From Botryllus schlosseri (lineage: Eukaryota), in contig CM119372.1 of the NCBI GenBank assembly GCA_051294905.1, forward strand, positions 26,228,001 through 26,292,000: a stretch of 64,000 nucleotides of DNA, given 5' to 3'. The notes beneath the pieces were generated by a model. That model ran no database searches. It saw only the letters and a program-made list of their open reading frames with translations, and was not told the DNA's origin. Of the stretch, positions 1 to 12,296 are shown piece by piece (positions within the stretch are counted from its first letter, which is position 1; every line of letters begins with the position of its first letter). A program made the translations under genes and the position numbers.

Positions 1-586
1 TAATTAGAGCGAAATGCCTGTAACCTAATTCTAATCTAATTTGCGTAATGTGACTTTGCTCTAATTTCAATTCTAATCTAATTTCTGCCGATTCAATTTC
101 CAAGTTAGTAATTCTAATCCTAATCTAAATCGGGAAAAAAATATTTGAGGAACTTCTTGGAGGTACAGAACTTCAGTGTGCGATTGAATAGTATATTAAT
201 ATTGGGATGAACCCGAATATTTTCGGCTGACACTCGTCAGGGGTGATCGTCACCAAATGGTAGAGAAGTGTAAAGAACATCGTATATCAACAATCGTATC
301 ACTATATAGTTAAAATTCTAATTCTAATTTAATTTGAAAAACAAACTGAGCAGATATTATCATAATTATTATCTAATTTGTAAGTAACAGAGTAGCTATA
401 ATTCTAATTATAATCTAAATTGGAATAGCTGAAAATTCTCCAGTTGTTCAAGTCTATGTGCACAAATAACTGAGAAAGATGCAGATAAATGTGATGATGA
501 CCAGTATAGCCAGTATACCCTATTGATTCTCAGGTCACTAGTTTATCACGTTAAAAATGACCCGAGAACTTGCATTCACGTTGCAG

Positions 587-774
587 CCTGGAAAAGTTGG
601 ATTTGTCGGCCAATATCATCCGCACGCTTGACCTGACGAAAATGAGCGAATCGTTGACGCGGTTATCTCTATCGCGAAATTTGTTGCGTCGCGTACCGCG
701 CAATCTTACCCGTCTCAGCAATTTGAAACATCTGGATTTATCGCATAATTATTTCATCAGTAACATTCCTAAAG
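587..774 (+). CDS. LRR transmembrane receptor, internal exon A (gene starts upstream of window)
   Basis: Acceptor ttgcAG (585-586), donor G|gtatgg. Encodes LEKLDLSANIIRTLDL...LTRLSLSRNLLRRVPRNLTRLSNLKHLDLSHNYFISNIPK with LxxLxLxxN repeats. Ends in phase 1. Confidence 0.85.
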
Positions 775-845
775 GTATGGTTTACGTGTCATGTCGAACG
801 TACTTATTCGGTATGCGGTGGATATCAACACGCCATAGAATACAT

Positions 846-1251
846 CAGTGGTTCCCAACGTTGGCTATATCTCCCCCCAGTGGGCGATTTTAAGAAACAG
901 GAGGGCGAAAACACCAAAGGGGGCGAGTTGGCGGCTAAAATTTCTGAACGTACGGAGAGAGATATTTAATTAACACGGTCAAAAAGTGTACGTGGAGACA
1001 GCTTATTCTGTATATGACGCGAAAGTTGACTAAAAATAAGGTCAACTCAGCGGGAAATGGACGCGGAAGCCGGTTTACCGAGAACCTACTCGGGAAAATG
1101 ACATTCATTTCTAGTCAATTCACCAGCGATCAGAATTAGGTGAAAAATATCCCGTTTACATGTCCGCTTTTTCGGATCCGTAAATATGGTGTGGGGGATT
1201 TGTGTTGATCTAGATAAGGGAGCGATGAGTCGAGAAGGTTGGGAACCACTG
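846..1251. mobile_element. Non-autonomous hAT MITE, family A
   Basis: TIR CAGTGGTTCCCAAC; TSD gaatacat/gaatagat. Related copies at about 6175-6544 (inverted, partial) and 35310-35712. Confidence 0.85.
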
Positions 1252-2333
1252 GAATAGATGAAAGCAGGCAGATTTGATGAATGCGATCAAGCATATAGTT
1301 GATCCCTGATTCAAGCCTGATAAGATATGAGTTATGATGACATAGGCGTAGCCAAAGGGCAAATGGGATATGCGCCCCTCCCAAAATTTATCGTGAAGTA
1401 ACATAAAGAGTATTTTTCGCCCGATTTATTCAACTTGATGTTTTTCCGCGTCGCTAATGGTATGTCCAGATGCCGCATAGTGCTGCTATTGCAATCGGGA
1501 GCCCGCCGTACATAGGTCAGAGGAAAATATCGCACCAGGTGAAGAAATGAGAATTTGAACTATTATTAGTGTCGCTAGAGGAGTTTTTCATTTAGTGTGT
1601 TCTAGTATGTGTGAACATCAGGAATACTATACACCAGTGTTTACCAAACTATTTTACACAACTCCCCATGGTCTGTAAGCCCGGTATCGAACACCCAAAA
1701 TTTCCCTCCTCCTCCCGAAAGAATATTTGGCCGATTGCACGGTCATTATATTGTGGCGTATACCTAATGGGAAGCCCGATATACGTTTTGTGCGCTATGT
1801 CAGAGTCACATTTTGTACGAATTATTTGACAGACACAATCAGTGAGAATAATCATACACGGCAATTTCTCTTTCAAATCATCGTACTTTGCTTTAGCGCG
1901 ACATGCGCTTAAAACTTCATTGTTGTCTTGTCAATGCGTTTAAATGTGTGTTCAGCTCGTAACTTGCGCTAAATAATTGTAACTGCACTGAAAAAATAGT
2001 ATATTCGTTGTTTGATTGATTGGTTGTATAACTCAATGTCGCAGAACAATGAATATATGCGGTGAGCGTTAGTACCGATTTTCTATAAAATGAACCTTGT
2101 ACGGCCACGAACGACGTCACCATGTAGTTACACGGAGAGAGATAATAGTTTACCGATTTTCTCAAACTGTTTCACATGGTCCGTATTTCCCACGTTCACT
2201 CTCAGCGTCCCCAATCACCCGATTTATAGTTAGCACCACCTTCAAGATCGTACTCGCAACAGGACGGTGCTGGCGCCCGCTTTGGGAACCACTGCTCTAA
2301 TCCGCACGACATGAACTGAACATGACTTATATG

Positions 2334-4020
2334 CAGGCCGTGTTATTTTTGGCATATGCCAAAACTGCGAAAAATAGCTTATTTTTTCGCATTTTTCAAT
2401 TTTTATTTTTGGCAGTTTTGGCATCAACCTCTAAATAGATATTTTCAGACTCGAATTAGTCATAAAATCGCTTTATTTGGGTCAGTTTATCAAAAGAGAC
2501 CAAATAATGTGCAGCATCCACTTATAATCAGTACCAACAAAAAATAATAATAAGAAAAAAACGTAGCAATTACATAGGTTAATAATATCAAACGAAACCA
2601 CAAAATGTGCAGTATCCATTCGGAATCGGTGCCAATAAGCAAAAAGAATGAGAAGCCTAACAAACACGCTCAACACCTGATTGTTACAGCTTTGGAATAT
2701 ACTTAAATTGTTTGCACTGTATCAGTGCTTCTAAACTCAGGTCAGCAAAGTTTCTCCTGAATTAATTTTTTCGCCCAACGAATCTGGGAAATATCGGCTT
2801 CAACAGTAGCCGTTGAGGGAAAGAATGCTGCCAGTCCTCCACAAACGGTTTTCAGAGCTTAAAAATTTCGGAGGGCAGAACCGGCTTCCAAGCATCATGA
2901 AAAGAGATCACTGCGCTAGTGCCATCGATCTCATCGCGGAAATAATTTTCTTTCCGATACTTTTCCAGGATTTCCCTGTGTTGTCTCTCAACACATTCTA
3001 TTTTGTAGCCCGACCATCCCATCTCCATCAGTCTACCGATATATTTTAGGACTTTTGTCACGTCAGATGGCTTTAATATTACCAACTCACATGGAAGAGT
3101 CCTGGGAAGGTTAGCTTGTTTAAGAACATTAACGCAACAAGACTGTCTGGCAACGAGACTGCAGCTCAGAAATAGCAGGACTGTTTGTTGAGTCACAATG
3201 TTCAACTCGATCACAATGCAAACACCGTGGTTGAATTTGGGGGTTCCAGATCCATGAGCAGAATACAATTTATATTTTAGTAATAATCAGTACAGCGGCA
3301 GCTTTCCATTGATACCCGTTTTATCAAATTTAGCGCTCGGCAAGCTGGTCAAAAATGGCCGTAAAATTGCCTTTGGACAAATGGAAAGTATGACGTAAAC
3401 CAAATGCAGTCAGCCGTTCAATCTCGCTGTGCCCACACCATTTAGGACAGGGGTTCTCAACCTGGGGGGCGCGCCCCCCTTAGGGAGGCGTGAAACATCT
3501 AAAGGGGGGCGCGAAAAAGCGGACACCTGAAAAAAAATTTCGCGCTTCGCGCGATTTACCTCCAATGCACGTGTGTTTCTCCCCATATAGACCCAATTTC
3601 TTATTTTGTATTCTCTCATCAACATTCATAACCTTTCACACCACCAAACAATCTGTTGAGGTTGCTAGCATCCCAGTGGGATTTTGTGATATGACGATAA
3701 TGGGGGGGGGGGGGGTGAAATCTTTCATCATCTAAAAGGGGGCGTGTCTAAAAAAAGGTTGAGAACCACTGATTTAGGACACCATGCTTTCTCCCCTAAT
3801 GGGTGGGCTGGACCCATAGAGTAAGAAACCTGCCCTTCACACACGCTCTTCTCGCTTTTAATGCGGTCCTGTTAACACAACACCATGAACGAAATACACT
3901 ATTGGCAGGCCGTGTTATTTTTGGCATATGCCAGAAATTCGTTATTTTTTGCATTTTCAAATTTTTATTTTTGGCAGTTTTGGCATCTGGCTCCTGAAAT
4001 GCCAAAAATAACACGGCCAG
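2334..4020 (-). mobile_element. hAT-like element carrying a decayed transposase C-terminus
   Basis: 22-bp TIR CAGGCCGTGTTATTTTTGGCAT (1 mismatch); perfect 8-bp TSD cttatatg. Minus-strand remnant about 2685-3120: LPCELV...SFHDAW...CGGLAAFFPSTATVEADIS...DLSLEALIQCKQ with frameshifts. Confidence 0.8.
3448..3771. mobile_element. hAT MITE nested in the 2334-4020 element
   Basis: TIR CAG(G/T)GGTTCTCAACC; perfect TSD atttagga. Confidence 0.9.
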
Positions 4021-4085
4021 CTTATATGTGTCTAGTATGCCAGTATATGCAATATAGATCAATATACCAATATATTTATCTAAAT

Positions 4086-5627
4086 CAGTGGTTCTTAACC
4101 TTTTTTACTCCAGCGCCCCCTTTCAAAAATTATCGTGCTCCAGCGCCCCCTCATATTGTAAGGACTGTAATAAAGACAATGGGCAAGAGGGAGGGCCGTA
4201 ACAGCACTTCGTCAGCCCCTAAAATAAAACGATTGTCTTGCGCACCCATAGCGTGATCAATCAAACTTCTGAGGGCTTTGCCCCAAGAATTCCGTCGCGA
4301 GATTTCGATGGTCAGCATAGTTTGTGTGACCTGGTCGCCCTAGCCGTCAAAATTTTCTATAGTGCATGAATGAATAGGTGGTAATTGCATATATATGTCG
4401 CTATAAACTTTTTATCTTCTCAGCTCACGTAATCAGATTTACCAGTAGCGCTGAGTGAGCTGTTGTATTGGAAATGAAGGGCACGTAATTAACAATTGAA
4501 TAAATTCGGGCGTGCCCGTTGGTACAATTATTTCGTTACATATTGTTATTTTGTTAGCTTTTGTCCGCTATATAGTCAAAAGATATTGAAACGCATAAAC
4601 GTATTAACTAAAGTAAGCACACGATTCAAGATTGGTAGATCTTCACTGGCAAATAATTTTCTCTGATGGATGTTATTTGTCCTGTGGGGTGCAGATTACG
4701 TCGACACGAAAATTCGGCGAGAGCGATTTAGCACCTATGGACAATTAGACTTATATACATCGAAGTTAATGGTCAACATAAGGGCAATCCTATTCGGCTA
4801 AGGTTTTCTCGCTGACGATCTTTCTGACACACTTCTCGGAGTCCCATATTGACCGGAGCTTCATATGTCTTCGATGATGTTTAATTTATGTTCAATCACC
4901 GAAATAATTTAGGGCACCCTTCGAGCTCATCGATTGGGGGTTTGGGTTGCAGCAGTTTCGGTCCTGGTAAGAGGTCAAAGTTTAGTCGGTCTTTTCGGGA
5001 CTTTGGTATTGGAAATATTTCGCGCTCGAGGACCATTCGACTATAATAAACCATATAATAATTGTGTGTGGTATATCCAGGGTCAAATCAAGGTTGCTAT
5101 AACAACAATCGGGCACGGTCTCATACCCTGTGGTTCGAACCATCCCGAATTCACATCTGCGATTGGCAATACGGGGAAATTACTGGTATTGGGTTTTGTC
5201 TTAGTGCTTTGTGTAACAAATAGTAAGTCAACTGAGAATGGGATGCCTATATCTGATCTGGCAACCCTGGCAAGCGTGACGGCAGTGTTTTAACGGGAAA
5301 TTGGCGATTTAAAAGTACGCGCAATTCGTTCTACGCGAATTATAATAACCCACTACATTTATGAAAACATATGTAGCAAACATCGCCGCGTAGCGCGGCC
5401 AAAAATTTCGGGATTTGACATGTTTTGTGGAATGTTAATTTGCTCTGAATACTCATTAAGGATATATCCTACTGCCACATAATCTACTGCGAAGCCATTT
5501 TTCTTCAGCGCCCCCCATATCGCCCCCTGAGCCCAGCACCCCCCATATCGCCCCCTGAGCGTTTCCGCCCCCGTCAAAATCGCCAGCGTCCCTTGGGGGG
5601 CGCTGGAGGCAAGGTTAAGTACCCCTG
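4086..5627. mobile_element. Non-autonomous hAT element, family B
   Basis: Ends CAGTGGTTCTTAACCTT / AAGGTTAAGTACCCCTG; perfect TSD atctaaat; subterminal GCGCCCCC motifs. Related to 57031-58918. Confidence 0.9.
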
Positions 5628-6032
5628 ATCTAAATCATTCAATACCTTTGGAGATTTTTCGCGCTTTGCCCGACAATGAAATAAATGCACACTGATTTTC
5701 ACAACATTGGTATTTGCAGTTTTGGTGTAAGCCAATACACGTCCACTTTTATAGCTAATCCAGTAATCCGGCTCGTTCGTAAATCTCAAAATTTTTGCAT
5801 TGCGGAACGGGGGTGAGTGTGACTTGTATGTGTGAGAAGTGATGGAGTACCACCTAGAAATATGGAGGGTCAAGCGGGCGATACCCCTGGGAGTTATGGA
5901 ATACCCAAATCCATCACTTTCTGGCTACGCCATGACAATCCTGCTACAATTCGCTCGCTTTTATGGCTTTCACAAAAAAAGAAATGACGCGGAAACATTT
6001 CTATAAAGTATATTGATATTTTGATATTGCAG

Positions 6033-6119
6033 GTTCGTTGCCTTCAAATTTGACGGAGCTTGACCTACGTTTCACACGCATCAAGTACATTTCCCGGGCG
6101 ACATTTTCTGGACTCAAAG
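6033..6119 (+). CDS. LRR receptor exon B
   Basis: ttgcAG|GT...AAAG|gtaggc, phase 1/1. Encodes GSLPSNLTELDLRFTRIKYISRATFSGLK. Missed by the ORF track. Confidence 0.85.
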
Positions 6120-6174
6120 GTAGGCACATCATTTTATGTGTTTACCACTCCGCACCACATTGATCAAGAGATAA

Positions 6175-6544
6175 CAACCCTCTTTGACTCATCGCCCCCT
6201 TATCAAGCCCGATACAAATCCCCCCCCCCCCCATATTTTCGGATCCGAAAAAGAGGACATATAAACCGGAAATTTCTTCACCAAACTCTAACCGCTGGAG
6301 AATTGACTAAAAGAATATATCATCTTTCCGACTACTTGCCCGGAGAACCGGTTTCCGCGCCTAGTTTCCGTTGATTTGACCCTTTTAAGTCAACTTTCGC
6401 GTCATATGCAGAATGAGCCGTCTTCACGTGAATTTTTGCTGTGTTTTTTAATAAATATATCTCACTGGAAGTTCTAACATTTTCGCCCCCTTATTTCATA
6501 ACATCGCTCACCGAGGGGCGATATCACCCACGTTGGGAACCACT
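6175..6544. mobile_element. Partial inverted copy of MITE family A
   Basis: Reverse-complement similarity to 846-1251; ends gttgggaaccact. Left boundary approximate. Confidence 0.7.
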
Positions 6545-7145
6545 AAGGTAGACCTATTCGTCCTGTACTTGGTGACAAAAGAGTTTTCGCAAGGAGAGAT
6601 TACAAAATATGCAAGACAAAAATGTGAACAGAAGTCTTGGCACAGGAAATGTTTGACTAACAGGAAATACAAATTCAAGAGGCAGGTGATATTACATTCC
6701 CGGATATTAAAGCTGGCAAAATATTTTGTATTCATAATGCAACGCCTTTGATCTTTACTTACGGTAAAAGCAGTATTGCCGTAACTAAATCCTCTTACAA
6801 GGTGAGCTCTTTCGAATCAACAAAATCGCGGAATACGATATGCATGTGCTTGTGCATTACTCACTCTTTCTATTCTATATTCATTGCCATGAAAACAATA
6901 TATGCACTGAAGAAGTGTTACTGTCATTGTATACATAGACAATGGATTAGCTAGCTCAAGTGTCATAGGAATGCTTAAATATGGGTGTCCTGTACAACGA
7001 TCCTTGTAAAAGAGTCATTGTTCATTATCTACTAGGCCGATCTGCGACAGGAGAAGTCGACCACTACAACTATGTCACGCCCATGTAGCTGCTATTTTGC
7101 TTGTAAGGTATTCCGGCCGAAAATAGTTACGGCGTCCGTCTATAG

Positions 7146-8309
7146 CAGGGGTTCCCAACTTCCCTTGTATAACGGGCCGCATTTTCACAACAAAAACCGC
7201 TGCGGGCCGCAGAACATTATTACCGTGTATTTGTGGACTACTATCAAATTTAGGCTACTGTAGCCTATTTAACAGTCGTATACGGTCATTTAGTACATTT
7301 TTATGCAATCTACAGCATTAATGGACAGCGTTCGTGAGTTTTCAGTTGCTTTTTCTAGTGATATTATGTCATCTTCCGGCGTCGCAAGTAAATCCCTTCA
7401 TGGAGCGTGCATTGCATTCGTTCCCAAGTCGGTATGTGCAGCTGTGCACCTCCAAACCCTTGCGCTGAACTCTCTGTTTCAATGAGTAAGCGAGCAAGTG
7501 ACTTTTCCGTTACAGAGGCCGTTATCACTTTTAGAGCTCTCAGTGATATGAGAAGTCTAACGTTCGGTGTAATTTCTGAGCCTTGCACTTATATTTACAG
7601 AAGTCCGCTTTGTCAAGTTGATGTTTGTTGCTAGTTCCCTCCCCACGTTTGCCCGGCCAGCATTTCATCTGCAAATATGTCCACTCCGATAAAATACACC
7701 CATATAATTATCGTCCATGGATTTGTCCCATGCTAGGCTAAAGTAGTCTACGCGGCAACGTGTTTCAGAACAATGAGAACCTGCGACAAAAGATCGACTG
7801 ATATTGCTGTTACTTTTCTGGTCACGGTTGAATTAGACAACTGTAGCTTCGAAATTTGTCAGGTGACGTTGTCCTTGCTGCTAAATTTCGGAAACAGCGA
7901 AGATTTCCACACTATATTACATTCTTGTTGAATACACAACACACCGTTTCTAGCAGATTTCTTTTGTTTAGCGATATTCCAAGCAATTTTGAACCATGCG
8001 TCTGTAACGTCGTCGGCAATTTTAACAATGCCTCGAAATATGGATTGCTAGGCTTGACACCTAGCTAGCAACGCTTTTTCTAAGATCAAGCGATATGTAT
8101 AACTCCAGATGGAACTGTCCGAATACCGATTCGAATCAATAAGAATCTTAGCTCAACCTTATATCAAGAAACCAGAACACATTAAAGAATGAGTATAATC
8201 AAACGAAACGGAGACGGTGCGATAAGAGAGCTAAGTAGCTAAAATAAAATGTAACAATACTCTGCCAGTAGTAATTGTGTTCATAATAAAAGATGAGATA
8301 GAACCCCTG
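7146..8309 (-). mobile_element. Internally deleted hAT (Buster/SPIN-like) element, family C
   Basis: Ends CAGGGGTTC / GAACCCCTG; perfect TSD gtctatag; inverted homologue of 22193-23414 with decayed transposase sequence. Confidence 0.85.
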
Positions 8310-8911
8310 GTCTATAGATAACTAACTATCTATAGTCCGTCTGAAAAACGGCTCTCTACCGTCACCCTGTGTAGGCTACTTACTTTAAGTCTGGTCAGCA
8401 ATTACGTCACGATTAGACTTTGACCAGGTCATATTTATGCCAAGAATTCGGTTTAAACTTCAGGGTTGGTCAAAAAACGGTGATGTACTCAAGCGCACGT
8501 GCAGTTATCTGACCTTGTTACCTCTCTAGATCATTTTTCGACACCACGTTTTTGAAATATAGTCTTGATATCTCGCACCATTCGTTATCAATCAAATTTC
8601 ATCTTGTTTGAGTACTTCCTATACCTCTTGCTTTCTAATGTCGATTTGGTCGGTTTTGTACTGCATCGAAAGTCCTTATTTGTACTTATAACCAAGTATC
8701 ATTCCACTATAACCTGTTCTGTACTGTAGAATAGCATTAGTGACGCTGGTCAAAGATTTCAGAGTGATCTCTATCCAATCTGAATTTTTTATCCATTGGC
8801 AGGAGTAGATGCAATCATGCGCTCAATCTCTACTTGTATACTTTAACGGGAGATGAAGGACATTTAGCAACTGTAATTCATGACCATTACCACTGGGATT
8901 TACTTTTTTAG

Positions 8912-9148
8912 ACTTGACTGCTCTCTACCTGAGCGACAATATGGCGTCTTCATCGCTGAAATTTGGAGAAAGGCCGTTTGATGAGTTGAGATCGCTACAG
9001 TACCTGGATCTGTCACGAAGTTTTTGTCGGAGATTGAGGCCAGACTCATTTTCAAAATTAAAAAGGCTGAAGACCCTTCTCATGAGCGGCAGTTGGATTA
9101 CTTCGCTGCCGCAATTGGGCGGAAGCAATGTCAGCAATTACGATACTG
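8912..9148 (+). CDS. LRR receptor exon C
   Basis: tttttAG|AC...ACTG|gttggt, phase 1/1. Encodes DLTALYLSDN...LRSLQYLDLSRS...LKRLKTLLMSGSWITSLPQL...NYDT. Confidence 0.85.
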
Positions 9149-9223
9149 GTTGGTTAATTTTGGATAATTTCGAGATGATAATTTATACCGGTATTAGTTT
9201 GAAATGACATTTTTTCTTTATAG

Positions 9224-9713
9224 CAGTGGTTCCCAACCTCCTTGGCGTCATTCCCCACTTCAGATTTATCCCGAGTCTTCATTCCCCACTACCCAAAACT
9301 ATTTGCTTGTCTGAGTACACAAGACACACCAACCACACTACAGTATTCAAGGCAATCGCCTATAACAACACCAAGAACGTATTGTGAACTGATTTCGGTA
9401 ACCCTCAAATTTGGCGAAAGCGTTATATCAGAGTGTACACTCTGGTTATATCACGTCATTTCGGTCGTGCTTGATGCGTTTATGACGCATTCATTGGTTA
9501 TTCAGAGTTAAAAATTAGTTTTTGTGAACAACACGCAATATAATTTTCGATACATACATTCCGCATCAGTTAACTGGTAACGCTAATCGCGCATGTGTCT
9601 GCGCAAATATGTAGACTGTCCTGTATATAATGTTTAACAACTGCGTCCATTCCCCACCAGAAACCATTGAATTCAGCACGACTGGGGAATTCACCACCGG
9701 TTGGGAACCACTG
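9224..9713. mobile_element. hAT MITE
   Basis: TIR CAGTGGTTCCCAACC; TSD ctttatag/ccttatag. Confidence 0.85.
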
Positions 9714-9952
9714 CCTTATAGGCTCCAGGCCAGGCTCGTGTTGCATAACACACATCAGAGGCCCGTAAAATTTATCAAGACCGCACATTCTCAATTTCAT
9801 GAAGTTTAATATAATAATGGTAGAGCTACAGAGCTGCAAGAGGTGTGTGAAAACACTTCATTAAAAGCAGTGTTTTAAATAAATGCCTTTTCGAAAAAAT
9901 TGGTAAAAGTTAAATTATCATGTCGTAATTGTGTAATTGTGACCCTAAAGAC

Positions 9953-11126
9953 CAAAGGTGGCCAGCCTGCCACCGTAGAAGGTAATTCACGTGGCCGTCG
10001 ACACGTAAATCAATTAGTATGTGTTGTCGGCCCGGGGCCTACGATATCGTAGGGCCCGGTCGGCCGTTGACATGCAAATTAAAATTACGAATTGACTCCC
10101 GAATTTTGAGAGATTGAAAGACAGAAGAGGAAAATCATGCTCCCATATGGAATTACCAAGTTTTATTCGTTTGCTCCTCACGAAAGAAGTTTGTTTCTGG
10201 TACGTTTTGGCGATTCCAATATTTTCCAGTATGCCGACAATCCTGATGGGATGTCTAGAATTAACAGCATGCAACAAAGTGACTAACAACAATTGGCCCA
10301 CTCGAAGATGCATCATAATTTATAAGTTGCCCTAAATTTTCGAAAACACTCTCTGCATCAACGCTACCGGCGAATCTCATCACGTGGGCTGAGAAAGGAT
10401 AAATATTTGATAATAATATGTGAAACTACTGATATAAATGACGAAATTCATTCGTGAATCTGGAAACATAACGGAACGGATCCCAGTAACTATTGATAAC
10501 ATGTTGGTGCGTATAGTAAGCCGATATGAGTAAACAGATTAGTTCGGGGTTCACCGCATTTGGGCATGGACACTGGACAGTTTAACATGGGTATATGGTA
10601 GGGTTACCATGTTTTGGAAATCTGAAAAGAAGACACTTTTTCAAACTTTTCAGACTTGCAATACCGGAGGAAAATCCTGAAAAATGGTAAATTTTTCCCA
10701 CTTCGTGGACGGTTGACTAAAAAAATGAAAAGACAGTTTTTCTTTCACATTATTCGATGGTTGACTAAAAAAAGTCAGCTTTCCGGCTCGCCGCAGGAGC
10801 GTTACTTCAGTGCTGATTAACTGTATCACAGTAGAATTTTGCCCTATATTTAACCAAGATTCTCAAAAAAGAGGACAAAATCTCAAAAAAGAGGACACAA
10901 TCTCAAAAAAGAGGACAAAATCTCAAAAAAGAGGACATTCGGGCGTCCTCCGAGGAAACTATCAAAAAAGTCAAAAAAGAGGACAAGTCCTCTTAAAAGA
11001 AGACGTATGGCAACTCTAGTATTTGACGTCTAGTTAGTTCATTACGATCATGTCCTGGAATGCGGCTGTATGCTACATAAGTAATCCAAATGCGGACGTG
11101 AATAGCAAAAAGGTTGGCAACCCCTG
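9953..11126. mobile_element. hAT MITE family D (interrupted)
   Basis: Right end GGTTGGCAACCCCTG; colinear with 36818-38057 and partial 33180-33560; TSD not preserved. Confidence 0.7.
10599..11018. mobile_element. TAGGG-type MITE with internal 20-bp tandem repeat, nested in family D
   Basis: Ends TAGGGTTACCAT / ATGGCAACTCTA; TSD gtatatgg/gtatttga; empty site gtatttgg seen in the family D copy near 37947; (TCTCAAAAAAGAGGACAAAA)x about 4 at 10861-10937. Confidence 0.8.
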
Positions 11127-11474
11127 ATCTAAGTAGTAATAATCGAAGCAATGGTATAAATTTTGATACCAGCGTAGACAGGTGGAGAAGAAATAGGAAC
11201 ATTAGTAATAAAGGAAACTAGTGGGCGTATACGCACAATCACAACGATGAGTATTTCTATATTGTTCCAAGTCCTATAGCATAAACAATATTAGTGATCA
11301 ATTGAAAATTACACATCCAACGTTTTAATTTTGTATTCATTTATTGTGATATCCTACTAAATAAGTCTTCATTTCAGAATCGTGATATTGGTAAAAAAAA
11401 AGTATTCGCAAGTATTAGCGTTGATAGTCATATCTTATATGATCATTCTAAACCTTGTTACAGTTGGTGTAGAT

Positions 11475-12011
11475 CAGGGTTGTAACCAAGTCACAACGTT
11501 CCGAGGGAGAAGTCAATTTCACTTTTATAGATTTGACTCGAGTCAAGTCGAGTCATTTTACATTCACCATCGAGTCAAGTCCGAGTCCGAGTCAGCTAAT
11601 AGAGGGTCGAGTCCGAGTCCAAGTCATTATGTTCACTGTTCAGTTTTCAGTTTCACCCGGTTCAACCCGCTTTTGTCAACTCTGCTCGAGTGATGTGGAA
11701 TGGATCGCATTCATAATATCGTAATTTTCCTCTGTCTGAACACTTTCTGGTCCTGTTTTCTGAATATCAGGACTAATAGGCGAAATACCAATAATGTGGT
11801 CACTTTACTATTCTTCGAAGTTACAATGAATTATCTGCCTTGGCCGTCCTAGTCTCGAGTCATGCACAATGACTCGAGTACAAGTCGAGTCAATACAAAA
11901 ATTTACATGATTCGAGTCGAGTCATTTTCCGCACTTGAAAAAATGACTCGAGTCAAGTCGAGGCACGACAAAATCGCGACTCGAGTCGTGACTCGAGTCA
12001 TTACAACCCTG
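11475..12011. mobile_element. hAT MITE with GACTCGAGTC subterminal repeats, family E (short form)
   Basis: TIR CAGGGTTGTAA; TSD gtgtagat/gtgtagac; inverted copy at 40532-41122. Confidence 0.85.
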
Positions 12012-12117
12012 GTGTAGACATGTTTGATATCAATATTCTCAACATGCCACATCATTCAGCTGTATATCTCTCTCTCTATATATATATATATATTTACAAT
12101 ATCTATTTGTTTTACAG

Positions 12118-12296
12118 CCGTCAACGAATCGCGTCATATTTGGTTCAATGATAATTTGGAAGTACTGGACTTGTCCAATAACCTGCGACTGAAGGTCAAC
12201 TCGCGATTTCATTTGCCTCCTTCTTTAAAAGAGGTTAATATGAGTCATTGCAGAATATCTTCAGTGGAAGAGTCGATATTCAATCAACATTCATCA
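12118..12296 (+). CDS. LRR receptor exon D
   Basis: tttacAG|CC...TCA|gtaagt, phase 1/0. Encodes AVNESRHIWFNDNLEVLDLSNNLRL...LPPSLKEVNMSHCRISSVEESIF. Confidence 0.85.

Noticed and set aside
534..586. Alternative acceptor at 532-533 or TTG start at 570 for the first LRR exon
   Set aside because: In-frame TAA at 552-554 blocks the upstream acceptor; the AG at 585-586 fits. The TTG start is an artefact of prokaryotic-style ORF calling.
10861..10937. CRISPR-like repeat array
   Set aside because: Head-to-tail repeats without unique spacers, inside a MITE, eukaryotic context, no cas genes.
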